Shown one piece after another: positions 1 to 13,758 of a stretch of DNA of 64,000 nucleotides (within the stretch, counting starts at the first letter, position 1; each line of letters starts with the position of its first letter). The DNA comes from the human T2T-CHM13v2.0 reference genome, Homo sapiens. The position numbers and the translations under genes were made by a program. The DNA lies in the NCBI RefSeq assembly GCF_009914755.1, contig NC_060945.1; one strand, 5' to 3'. The notes beneath the pieces were generated by a model. That model had not been told where the DNA came from, did no database searches, and was given only the letters and a program-made list of their open reading frames with translations.

Positions 1-870
1 CTTATATATGGAATCAATTCAAATGTACAGCAACAGATAAATGGATAAGGAAAATGTACTATATATACACAGCGAAATACTATTCAGCCATAAGAAAGCA
101 TAAAATTCTGTCAGTTAAAAAGAGCATGGATGAACCTTGAGCATACCATGTTAAGTAAAATAAGCCACACAGAGAAACACAAATACTTTATGATCTTATT
201 ATCTCACTCATTTGAGGAACCTGAAAAAAAGGGTTGATAGAAGCAAAGAGTACAACAGGGGTTACCAGAGACTGAAGCAGGAGGATGGGAAAAGGTTGCT
301 TCACAGGTATTGTGTTATGATTAGATAGGGGAAATAAGTTTTTGTTTTTTATTACACAGTAGAATAATAATAATTAATGAAAAGTTATCTCATATTACAA
401 AATAGCTAAAAGAGACCAGTTTTGGTGGCATATTCTCGCAATCCATACATTTTGGGAGATTGAGGTAGGAGAATCACTTGATGTCAGAAGTTCAAGATGA
501 GCCTGGACAACATAGTGTGACCCCGTCTGTATGAAAAATTAAAACATTAGCCAGGCATGGTGGCAGCTTCCTGTAGTCTCAGCTAATTGGGAAACTAAGG
601 TTAGAAGACTGTTTGAAGTTACAGTGAGCTAGGATTGCACCACTGCACACCAGTCTGGGTGTTAGAGCAAGATCCTGTCTCTAAAATAATTAATACATAA
701 AGATAAAATAAAATAGCTAAAGAAGGAGCTTTTGAATATTCTCACCACAAAAATAACAAATGCATGAGGCAACAAATATAGAAGTACTGATTTTTATTGT
801 TATACAACACATATATATAATTGTTTCCCCAAAATATGCACAATTACATGTGTCAATTTTAAAAAATGAA
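1..870 (+). mobile_element. Old L1 (L1MA-like) 3' end, interrupted by an Alu
   Basis: Typical L1 3' motifs (aatggataaggaaaatgt..., tactattcagccata, atggatgaaccttgag, aaataagcca); homology resumes after the Alu and ends near tgtgtcaattttaaaaaa. Confidence 0.75.
415..710 (+). mobile_element. Diverged Alu (AluJ-like)
   Basis: Two-arm Alu (gagaatcacttga...agttcaagatgagcctgg...ttgcaccactgcac), flanked by a TSD-like repeat aaaatagctaaa at ~399 and ~710. Confidence 0.85.
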
Positions 871-1324
871 TGAAGACTATAATGTAAAACCTATAGCTGT
901 AAAATTCCTAGCACAATACAGAAGGGTGAAGCTTCATTACAACTGGTCGTGGCAATAATTTGGGGGACGTAGCATCAACGGATGAGACAACAAAAGCAAG
1001 GGAATACACATGGTACTGAATCAGTGTATGAAAAATATCCCAAACAGACAAAGCAGAACATGGAATAGATATATGCACATTGTAGTATTACTCACAAACA
1101 TGTTACCTGGAAGCAAATGTACCCTTAAGGATGAGTAGATTCAGCAAACAGGGCACGTACAATCACTGGGATAGCATTCAGCCTTAAAAATAAGGAAATC
1201 TTGAAAAGTACTACAATAAGGACAAATCTTCAAAACATTCTGTTAAGTAAAATAAGACAGTCAAAAAGGAAAGCTGTATAATTACACTCATGTAAAATAT
1301 TTAGTCAAAGTCAAAGAAACCAAG

Positions 1325-2523
<1,199 letters not shown>

Positions 2524-2829
2524 TAAGTAATGAGTATTCACTTTTACTTTTGTAAGACACAAATTATCTAAAACCTACTGCAAAACAATAGAACTATACT
2601 AACCACTTCTAAACCATATACTTAAAATGTCAGAAATGACAATGGCATGTTTTTAACTACAATTAGAAATTTAAGACTAACTAAAAGGCACAGTTAGAAA
2701 ATCTTTCAAACATCACCTTCAAATAACAAAGGGTTCTTCTCACACAATTAAATGGATTTAAACTATATGTTGATTGTAAATTTAAGATTATTTCCCTGAT
2801 GACTCACCAAGATAGAATAAAATAATCAC

Positions 2830-5800
2830 TGGAAACCAAGAAAAGAGGGAAATTTATAGCACTAATGTCCACATCAAAAAGATAGAAAGGGCTGGGTGTG
2901 GTGGCTCATGCCTGTAGTTCCAGCACTTTGGGAGGCTGGGGTAGGCAAATCACTTAAGGCCAGATGTTCAAGACCAGTCTGGACCACACAACAAAACCCC
3001 ACCTCTACAAAAAAAATTCAAAAATTAGCTGGTTTTTGTGATGCACATCTGTAATCCCAGCTACTCAGGAAGCTGAGACAGCAGAAATCACTTAAAACTG
3101 AGAAGTGGAGGTTGCAGTGAGCGGAGATCATGCCACTGTACTCCAGCCTGGGTGACAGAGTGAGACTCTGCCACAAGAAGAAAAAAAAGAGAAACTAGAA
3201 GATCTAAAATTAACAGCCTAACATCTTGATTAAAAGAACTAGAAAACCAAGTGAAAACTAACCAGAAAGGTAGCAGAAAACAAGAAATAACCAAGATCAA
3301 AGTAGAGCTGAGGGAGATAGAGACACTGAAAACTCTTCCAAAAAAAAAAGTCAACAAATCCAGGAGCTGTTTTTATGAAAAAAATTAATAAACTAGATGG
3401 AACACTAGCTAGGCAAATAAATAAGAAAAGAAAGGAGAACCAAACACAATTAGAAATAATAAGGGAGATATCATCACTGATCCCATGGAAATATGAACAA
3501 CAATCAGAGAACACTATAAACATATGTATGCACATAAACCAGAAAATCTAGAAGAAATAGACAATTTCGTTGCAAAATAAACCCTCCACAAGACTGAACC
3601 CTGAATAGATCAATAATGTGTTCTGAAACTGAGGCAGTAAAAACTAGCCTACCAAGCAAGCTGAATTTGAGCAGAGGTACAAAGAGGAGATGGTACCTTT
3701 TCTCCTAAAACCATCCAAAAAAAATTGAAGACAAAGAAGTTCTCTCTAACTCATTCTATCAGGCCAGCATCATCCAGATACCAAAACCTAACATAGATAC
3801 TACAACAACAACAACAACAACACATCATGCCAATGTCTTTGGTAAACACTGTGCAAAAATCCTCGATAAAATACTGGCAAACCAAACCCAGCAGCACATT
3901 AAAAAGTTCATCTGCAACAATGGAGTTGGCTTTGTCCCCAGGATGCAAGGTTGATTCAACATATGCAAATCAATAAATGTGACTCATCACATAAAGAGAA
4001 CTAAATACAAAAACCACATGATTATCTCAATAAATGCAGAAAAAGCATCCAATAAAATTCAGCATTCCTTCAGGTTTAAAATTCTCAGTAAACTAGGAAG
4101 TGAAGAAGCATATCTGAAAATAATAAGAGCCTTATACAACAAACCCACAGCCAATATCATACTGAATGTGCAAAAGCTGGAAACGTTCCACCTGAAAACT
4201 GGCACAAGAAAAGAATGCCCTCTCTCACCACTACCATTCAATATAGTATCAGAAGCCTTGGCCAGGAAAATCAGGCCAGAGGAAGAAATAAAGAGTATTC
4301 TAATAGAAAGAAAGGAAGTCAAATTATCTTTGTTTGCAGATGACCTGATCCTACATCTAGAAAACCTCATTGTCTCAGGCCCAAAGCTTCTTAAGGTGAT
4401 AAGCAACAGTAGCAAAATCTCAGGATATAAAATCAATGTGCAAAAGTAGCTAGCATTCCCATACACAAACAACAGGCAAGCAGGGAGACAAATCATGAAT
4501 GAACTTTCATTCACATTTGCTACAAAGAGAAAAAAATACCTAGGAATACAGCTAAGAAAGAAAGTGAAGGACCTCTTCAAGGAGAACCACAAACAACTGC
4601 TCAGAGAAATCAGAGTGGACACAAAACAGATGGAGAAACATTCCATGCTCATGGAGAGGAAGAATCAGTATCATTAATATGGGCATATTGCCCTAAGTAA
4701 TTCATAGATTCAATGCTATTCCCATTGAACTACTGACATTCTTCAGAGAATTAGAAAAATAAAAACTTTTAAAGTTCATATGGAACCAAAAAAGAGCCCA
4801 AATAGCCAAGCCAACCTTAAGAAAAAAAAAAAAAAAAGCTGGAAGTGTCACTCTACCTAACTTCAAACTATACTAGAAGAGTACAGTAACAAAAACAGCA
4901 TGGTACTGGTATAGAAACAGACACATAGACAAATGAAACAAAGTAGAGAACCTAGAAATAAAGCCAAAACCCTACAACAACCTGATTTTTGACAAAGTCA
5001 ACAAAAACAAGGAATTAGGGAAATGTCTCCCTATTCAAAAAATGGTGCTAGGAGAACTGGCTAGCCATATGCAGAGAATTTAAACTGGAACCCTTCCTAA
5101 CACCATATACAAAAATTAACTCAAGATGGATTAAAGACTTAAATGTACAACCCAAAACTATAAAAGCCTTAGAAGACAAAATCTAGATAATACCATTCAG
5201 GATATAGGCATGAGAAAAGACTTTATGACAGAAAGGCAAAAAGCAATAGCAACAAAAGCAAAAATTGACTAATGGGGTCTAATTAAACTAAAGAGCTTCT
5301 GCGGAGCCAAAGAAACTATCATCAGAGCAGACAACCTAGAGAATGGGAGAAAAATTATGCAACCTATCCATCTCACAAATGTCTAATATCCAGAATCTAG
5401 GAGGAATTTAACAAAATTTACAAGAGAAAAAAAAAAGGCCCCATTAAAAAAGGGTCAAAGAACATGAACAGACATATCTCAAAAGAGGACATACATGTGC
5501 CCAACAAACATGAAGAGCTCAACATCACTGATAACTGGATAAATACAAATCAAAACCATAATGAGATACCATCTCACACAAATTATAATGGCTATTAATA
5601 AAAAGTAAAAAAAAAAAAAAACAGATGCTGGCGAGGTTGTGGAGAAAAGGGAACACATTTACACTGTTGGTGGGAGTGTAAATTATTTCAAGCATTGAAG
5701 AAGAGAGTGTGGAGATTCCTCAAAGACCTAGAAGCAGAAATACCGTTTGACCCAGCAATACCATTACTAGGTATACACCCAAAGTAATATAAATAATTCT

Positions 5801-6354
5801 ATTTTAAAAATACATGTATACATATGTTCATTGCAGCACTATTTACAATAGCAACATCATGTAATCAATCTACATGCCCATCAATGATACACTGGATAAA
5901 GAAAATGTGGTACACATACACCATGGAACACTATGAAGCCATAAAATGTAATGAGATGATGTCCCTTGCAGGGACATGGTTGGAATTTGAAGCTATTACT
6001 CCCAGCAAACTAATGCAGGAACAGAAAACCAAACACCACCTATTATTATTCTAACTTATTAGCAGAAGGAGATCAATGAGAACACATGGACACATCAGGA
6101 AGAACAACACACACTGGACACCTGTTTCATGGCATGGGGGAGGGGAAGGAGAGCAGCAGGAAGAATAGCTGCGGATACTGGGCTTAGTACCTGGGTGATG
6201 AGATGATCTGTGCAGTAAACCACAGTGGTACGCATTTATGTATGTAAGAGACCTGCATACTCTGCACATGGACCCCTAAACTTAAAATAAAAGTTGAAAA
6301 ATAAACTTTATCACATATGGACCCCTGAACTTAAAATAAAACTTGAAAAAAAAA
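2830..6354 (+). mobile_element. 5'-truncated, inactive L1 (old L1PA-like): ORF2 plus 3' UTR
   Basis: ORF fragments match L1 ORF2 RT and C-terminus ([56 protein letters not shown]), broken by stops and frameshifts; 3' UTR and A-tail at 6050-6354. Confidence 0.95.
2889..3190 (+). mobile_element. Alu (AluJ/S) inserted in the L1
   Basis: ggctgggtgtggtggctcatgcctgtag...ctgggtgacagagtgagactctg plus A-tail. Confidence 0.92.
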
Positions 6355-8286
6355 TGTGTTTCTGGTGGATTCTCTATGTTAGACCCAAACTGAGGATCTT
6401 GAAGCTCTCGCTGGGGGAATCGGGGCTGGGGGCACACTGGGGAGCCGCTGCCAAGGCCATCCACCCTCCCTACAAGCCACCTCCCTTCCCGGCCAGTATG
6501 GAAAGGAGAAGGGTTATGTGAACAGCTGTGGAGGTCAGAATCTCGGGAACTGAATCAGGCCCCAGCCCATGCCCCCCAGCCCAGTCCAGCCAGCGTGCTT
6601 GCCAGTCTTCCCACACAGCCAGCCCAGCCCTCAGGATTGTTAGATGGAACAAGGCTCCATCATCACCCAGGCATGGATGGAAGATGCCCTGGTCCTTACC
6701 AAGCAAGGCCTGGTTTCCAAAGTCCTCTCCGAAGAGGCCTCATGTTTGTCACATCTTAAAAGTCCCCTTTCTGCTGTTCTTGCACCCAGCATGTTGGACA
6801 GTCAAGTTCCCCCGCTGAGCAATCCACACATAAGGAGGGAGTCAACACTATTGCTATGTCAGATCAGCTCCAGCGTCTCCAGTATCAGTTTTATCAGATC
6901 CCAGGAACCTGCCTGCTCCCAGAGGTGACAGAGAAAAATCAAGGAAGGATCTGTATGGTCACTGACCTAGATGAAAACCTTGTGCATAGCTCCTTTAAGC
7001 CAATCAGCAATGCTGACTGCCTAGTGCCTGTAGAGTTTGAGGGGACCATGCACCAGATCCATGTGCTCATGAGGCCTTATATGGATGAGTTCCTGACATG
7101 AATGGAGGAAATGTTTAAATGTGTTTTCGTCATTGCTCTCTTCTTCCCAGCCTGAACAAGTAGGCAGATCCTGTGATGGGTGAGCTGGACGGGTATGGGA
7201 TGGTCTGGGGCTGCCTGTCCCATGAGTCATGTTTGTTTCACCAGGGCTGCTATGTCAAGGACATCAGCCGTCTGGGTAGGGACCTGAGGAAAACTCATCC
7301 TGGACAACTCGCCTGCTTCTTACCTCTTCCACACAGAGAATGCAGTGCCTGTGCAGTCCTGGTTTGATAACATTCCAGACAGCAGCTGCTGCACCTGATA
7401 TCATTCTTTGAGGAGATGAGTGGAGGAGCAGAGGGCCTCTGCACTAGCCTTGGGCAGCAGTGGGCCCTTAACCTTCCCTGCTTCCCAGCAATGGCCATCA
7501 CAGTAGGGGATTTTCCCACACTGTGCCTCTATGATCAGCCTGAAAGAGCGAAGGCTGGAACACCTACCCACATGGGCCTGGAAAGAGTGAGAAGTGATTG
7601 AAAAGAGCTTTAGGACAGCTTAGATTCCCAGTGGGTGAATGCCAGACCAAGGATACCCAGAGCTACCTGCCATCAAGTTGTTGGGTTCCCAAGATGTGGG
7701 TGTGAGAGAAAGAAAGAGAGCATGTGTGTTTTGTGATGAACTGTGGCCCCAAGTATATAGTGTTTCAGTAGGGGAGAAGCTGAAGGACAAAGACTCTTCC
7801 CAAGCTAGCTTGTCTCCTCTCCTGTCACCCTATGAGCCCCTGAGATCTATAGGGATGAAGAGTATTGAAGGCTCCATTGCAAACCTGGTCTTTCTACAGT
7901 GCTACAAGGCCTATGCCAAAGAGAAAGGAAAGGTACGTCTTTGGGTGTTCCAGGCACACATCTTTCTGAAATATTTCTCCAGCCAGTTGTTGCAGACAAA
8001 AGACGACATTTCTGGGAAGATGGGGACTTATGTTCAGACGAGTACCCAAACTATCAGGTCTTCTGGTCCAAAGGCTATTTTTACTTACCTCTAGCCAAGT
8101 GCCTGGGATGGATCCTTCCTGCATCTCCCCAAGGCTCACCACTTAGCCATAGCCTCAAACCCGTGGGGAAGGAAGGTCTACCCGCCCTGCAAGAGGACAA
8201 ATAACTGATTTTTGTTCATTTGACTCTGTTTTAAAATTCTCTTTAAAAAAAAAAAAAAAAAAAAAAAGAAAAAGAAAGCGTATCTG
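6355..8286 (+). pseudogene. CTDSP2: Processed (intronless) pseudogene of CTDSP2 (SCP2 small CTD phosphatase); coding remnant 6644-7471
   Basis: Frames give [87 protein letters not shown] and [10 protein letters not shown], matching CTDSP2 across its exon junctions without introns. Frameshifts and an in-frame TGA at 7099-7101. GC-rich 5'UTR-like leader and an A-run from 8246. The symbol names the parent gene. Confidence 0.95.
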
Positions 8287-8604
8287 AAACTTAAAAAAAA
8301 AAACAAGGAAAAAAGATGAAAAAAATGACATACATAGGTGAAAAACACATAGATATATGTATAAGCAACAAACACGGCTAATTCACATATAAATTAAATA
8401 TCACATTGTCATAAAGTGTACCGAGTTAAAAAATTATCATTCAACTCATGATATCAAGCTTTAAAAGCAAAAATACAATTAACTGATCTGAGAAAACATA
8501 CCCCCCCAAGAAAAGAAACACAACAACACAGAATTGAACATAAGAAGAGAGATTAAATGCATAAAATCCTGAATACAACATAAATATACAATGAAAAATA
8601 AACC

Positions 8605-8907
8605 CTTTTTTTTTTTTTTTTTTTTTGAGACAGAGTCTCACCCTGTCGCCCAGGCTGTAGTGCAGTGGTGCCATCTCGGCTCACTGCAAGCTCCGCCCAC
8701 TGGGTTCACTCCATTCTCCTGCCTCAGCCTCTCGAGTAGCTGGGAATACAGGCACCCACCACTATGCCCGGCTAATTTTTTCTATATTTAGTAGAGACGG
8801 GGTTTCACCGTGGTAGCCAGGATGGTCTTGATCTCCTGACCTCGTGATCCACCCACCTTGGCCTCCCAAAGTGCTGGGATTACAGGCGTGAGCCACCATG
8901 CCGGGCT
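8605..8907 (-). mobile_element. AluY
   Basis: AluY-type diagnostics (gcaagctccgcc, ccattctcctgcc, agccaggatggtc); TSD tgaaaaataa(a)ccc on both sides. Confidence 0.93.
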
Positions 8908-10157
8908 GAAAAATAACCCTTTAGATATCTACAGCTTTAAACTGTGTGCAGTCATGAAAAGCAGACATTGGAAGTCATTGGCATTTAATAAATTGCAGAA
9001 AAATTATACAGTAAATACATTACAATCATTAATAATAGGCTCTAATGAGAAGAATTTAATAAATAATCATTAAAAAGACAGCAGAATTTTATCTGTTCTC
9101 AATATGTTGCTGCTCTTCTTATCAAATACTATAATAAAACTATATGACTATAATATAGCTTTCAGGAGCTAAAAAAAGCCTTATATTTTCAAATAAAAGA
9201 ACAATATAAATTTTGCAAAATACAATGAGCATTACTGAAGTATAAAGTAAATATTTGGAATTAAAATATATGGTCATTTAGATACAGACTAAAAAAGAAT
9301 AGAAATCTTAATGATTCCTTTCTGCCTACAGTGAGCTTAAAATTACAACCAAAAATTTTAACAAATATGTAGCACCTACAAGAAATTTTATTAACAGCTT
9401 ACATAATGTGTAAATTTGAGCAATTTATTTTAGAACTTTTGAATCTGAAAATCACCTGCTTGACATTCATTTGAGAAAGTGAAACATAAAGGAGAGTAAC
9501 ATAAGCAAGACGACAGAATGTGAGGTTCTGCATCCACATCCCCCACGACATAATGCAGCTGCCACAGCAAACATAAGTGCATTCATGAAAGCCTTGGAAT
9601 CCAGTTCAGAGTTTGTGGCACCCAGCTGGAGGCAAAGACCAAGGAAGACATTTTCAGAGGGTGAGCACTTGACCAAGTGGCAAGCTTGCCAATCATGGTC
9701 CCGGCTTCAAAACAGAATACTGCCACATCTTACTGTAGACTTGGCTATAACTCATTTGACCTTGGTCCTGCCACTGCAACAATCTGTGAAAAACACAAGA
9801 GAATTCATACTCACCTGAGACTTAGGTGACAGGCCTGCAGAACTTGGTTCTCTCTATAGTCACTGAGTCAGGCAAAACACACCTTCTTTCCTTCTCCAGC
9901 CATGGTCTGGAAGAAATCTTCACATTGATATGATGAAATGCTAACTAACAATATGAAAAATACTAAAGTATAAATGTCACTAAAATGGTAAATACATACT
10001 GAATTTCAGAATACTCTAAATTGTTATCATCTTAAACTAGACTATTAAAATACAAGATGTTTTACCTAAGTCTCATGATAACCACTAGGAAAAAAAAACT
10101 GCAGTAAAGAAAAAGAGAAAGTAATTAAAGCATACACAAACAACAAAAATTACACAT

Positions 10158-10378
10158 TGGATATGGTGTCTCCTGCTTATAATTCCAACACTTTGGGAGG
10201 CCAAGGTGGAAGAATGAAATCTCCTTGGGTGTTGTGGTACGTGTCTGTAGTCCAAGCTACTTGGGTGGCTAAGGTGGGAGGATTATTTGAGCCCAGGAGG
10301 TTGAAGCTACAGTGAGCTGTGATATGCCACTGCACTTCAGTCTGAGCAAGAAAGCATAACTTTGTCTCAACAAAAATG
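10158..10378 (+). mobile_element. Internally deleted AluJ-like element
   Basis: Left-arm start (cactttgggaggccaaggtgg) joined to a right arm (tgagcccaggaggttgaagctacagtgagc). Confidence 0.8.
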
Positions 10379-10518
10379 AACAATACCACAGGAAAGACAG
10401 AACCAGAAAAAAAAGAAGCAAACTTAAAATGCACAGAAAACTACAAATTTACAATAGTAACTCCTTACCTATCACTACCTTACAAATAAAAAGATTAAAG
10501 TATCTACTAAACAGATAC

Positions 10519-10890
10519 TGCTGTACACTGAATGTCATCTCCAAAATTTAGGATAAAATTTAATAGCCAACATGTTAGAATTAAGAGGTGGAACCTTTAA
10601 AAATTAATTAAGCTCTAAGAACTCTGCCCTCATGAATGGATTAATGTTCTTATTATGGGAATGGGCTAATTTTAACAAGAATGGATCTGTTATATATTAA
10701 AAAAAAAAAGCTCTCTCTCCCTCACATCTTTGTCTATGTTATTATCCAGCAACTAGACCTTCAACATATACCAGTATCATGTTGTTTTGGCTTCCCAGCC
10801 TCCAGAATCATAAGTCAAATAAAATTCTATTCTTTATTAATTACCAGTGTGTGATATTCAGTTATAGCAGCCAAAAGAGACTAAAGCAGA
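10519..10890 (+). mobile_element. MaLR LTR (MST/MLT1A-like)
   Basis: ctctgccctcatgaatggattaatg ... cttcccagcctccagaa...aataaa...ttatagcagc...actaa. Confidence 0.8.
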
Positions 10891-11250
10891 CAGAGTGGAT
10901 AAATTAATCTTTCAAACCTAGTAATATGCTGCTTACAAGAGACTCAATTATGAATTAAGAGCATAGGCTAAAAGTGAAAGGATAGAAAATGATATTCCAT
11001 GCAAACAATAACCAAAGGAGTGCAACGGTAATGCTTAAATTAGACAAAATAGACTTTCTAGCAATGTCTCTCACAAGCATGAAATGAGTTTACCATACAA
11101 TAATAATAGAGGTTAATTTCTCAAGAGAATATAGCTTTATATATTTATGCACCCAAAAGGGAGGCTTCTAAATATAAAAAGCAAATATTGCCAGAACTGT
11201 AGGGAGAAGTAGAAAGAAACCAAATAATAGAAAACTTTAATGAAATGTAT
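10891..11250 (+). mobile_element. Old L1 ORF2 endonuclease-region fragment
   Basis: tatgctgcttacaagagactca...aagtgaaaggatagaaaatgatattccatgcaaa...gacaaaatagacttt. Confidence 0.7.
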
Positions 11251-11453
11251 AATAAAGGACATATAGTTAACAGCATTGTAAATTGGCAAGGGAAAGCTGG
11301 TCTCATGTGTTGCATTTGAGAATGCAGCAAAGAAAGTGGGAACTGATAATTTTACTGCAAGCCTGAGTTAGGATGAAAAACAGGGTGGTCGATTAGAGGT
11401 TCCACTTGCCATACATTAAAAAAACACAGGAGAAAACCAGTCCTCCTCTGGAG

Positions 11454-11867
11454 TGTTAAAATAATTAAAGATCAGAAAATTAGTCTAAAGTGGCTCTAGT
11501 GCCCTGTGTTCATAGGTAAAAAGCAAAAAACAAACAAAAAAAAATCTAAAACCTAACTCAAATATATTTCCTATAAAACACTATCTTAGCCTGAAGCAAA
11601 ATGCAGGTTTAACCCATGACAAACATGCAATTAACCTCTGAATATGTAACCAGGACATTTCCATCTGGATAGTTCAAATAAGGCTACCATATAACTGGAA
11701 CCAATTCTTGAATTTGGGTTGCTTTCTCATGCATCTTATAAAAGCCTTTCCTTTATGCCCCTCTGGTGGACCAGAAATCATGGCTGGGTGCTTTCCATTT
11801 CACCAATCACTCTTTGTTCAGATAAACTGATGAACCTTTTAACATAGACTCCCGTTAATTTTTAACA
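11454..11867 (+). mobile_element. ERV1 solo LTR (MER93-like) in intron 1 of the ZNF-type unit
   Basis: Starts TGTTAAAATAATT, ends TTTAACA; internal tataaaa; flanks ggag/agag. Confidence 0.65.
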
Positions 11868-11869
11868 AG

Positions 11870-12515
11870 AGAGACTGGGGACCCCACGGGCCGCAGCTCC
11901 TCCCACGCAAACATCCAGTCGCGGTTTTTCCCTGATGACCCACCAGGCCTCCCTGAACAATCTGGGAAATACTCATGGCTGTGGGCGCAGAGCAGGGCGC
12001 TGCCCAGGGACAGGACCGGATGGGCCGGACGGGACGTGGGGGCCCTCGCTGCTGGCCCAGCGGCCATCTTGCAGCCACAGGGGACTGAGGGCCAAGCTGC
12101 GGGAGACTCGGAGCTAACCGTGGGGAGGCCGGTCCTGCCGGTTTCACAGTCTGTTCTCCCCTCTCGGGATGGCGAACCCCGTATACTCACCATTTCCCAG
12201 CTTCCAGGATGTCCTGGCACCTTAACTATGCGTCCCCAAGGACCTACAGATCACAGGGCAACAGGGGCTGTGAGAGAGTAGCCCGGGGCTCCCAAGGTGC
12301 AGGAGGCGAAAGAGGAGACGGATCCCAAGCTCTTGTGCCAGCACCAGCGAGAGACACAGATCCCGCCAAATGCTGGAAGCCACGCCCTCCTTTCCTCTCC
12401 TCTGCCACCGCGCGCCTGATTGGGCGGTTCCCACATCAGTGTCAATGACTGGATAAAACTCCAGGACGCACCCACCCGAGCCTGACTCCTGCCCTTACCC
12501 CCACTCCCCCTCAGC
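11870..12515 (-). promoter_or_regulatory. CpG-rich KRAB-ZNF (ZNF91-subfamily)-type promoter, left copy, firing leftward
   Basis: High CpG density in AT-rich surroundings; minus-strand CCAAT box (gaaccgcccaatcaggcgcg, ~12411-12430); YY1-like cggccatctt at 12061-12070; followed by a ZNF-type exon 1. Confidence 0.8.
12191..12370 (-). pseudogene. ZNF91-family-like exon 1, probably now the first exon of a lncRNA (left copy)
   Basis: Ends GTG CCA GGA CAT CCT GGA AGC TGG GAA ATG|GTGAGT (VPGHPGSWEM, compare the ZNF91-family leader MPGxPGSxEM|gtgag). The upstream ATG is GTG here. The 5' boundary is approximate. Confidence 0.75.
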
Positions 12516-13137
12516 CTTAGTGCATTTTTGTTAGTTTGTTTTTCTTTAAGTTCTGGAATACATGTGCAGAAAGTGCAGGTTTGTTACATAGTTTTACATG
12601 TGCCATGGTGGTTTGCTGCACCTATCAACCTGCCATCTAGGGTTTAAGCCCCACATGCATTAGGTATTTGTCCTAATTTTCTCCCTCCCCTTGACCTCAA
12701 CCCCTTAACAGGCCCCAGTGTGTGATCTTTGGTTCCCGGTGTCCATGTGTTCTCATTTTTCAACTCCCACATATGAGTGAGAGCATATGGTGTTTGCTTT
12801 CCTGTTCCCGTGTTAGTTTGCTGAGGTTAATGGTTTCCAGCTTCATTCACGTCCCTGCAAAGGACATGAACTCATTCTTTTTATGGCTGCTTATTATTTC
12901 ATGGTGTAGATGTGCCACATTTTCTTTTTCCAATCTATCAATGATGAGCATTAGGGTTGGTTCCAAGTCTTTGCTATTGCAAACAGTGCTGCAATACACA
13001 TATGAGTGCATGTGTCTTTATGCTAGAATGATTTATATTCCTTTGGGTATATATCCAGTAATGAGATTGCTGGATCAAATGGTATTTCTGGTTCTAGATC
13101 CTTGAGGAATCACCACACTGTCTTCCATAATGGTTGA

Positions 13138-13758
<621 letters not shown>

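Noticed and set aside
3979-4677. RT-like ORFs and the 197-aa antisense ORF as genes
   Set aside because: Fragments of a dead, 5'-truncated L1 ORF2 and its antisense frame.
6644-7471. Functional CTDSP2 retrogene or miR-26a host
   Set aside because: Frameshifts, an in-frame stop and an altered catalytic motif; being intronless, it lacks the intronic miRNA.
11855-12220. 121-aa ORF starting MPGHPGSWEM
   Set aside because: It starts at GTG and reads through the GTGAGT donor into GC-rich intron; only the first 10 codons are ZNF-like.
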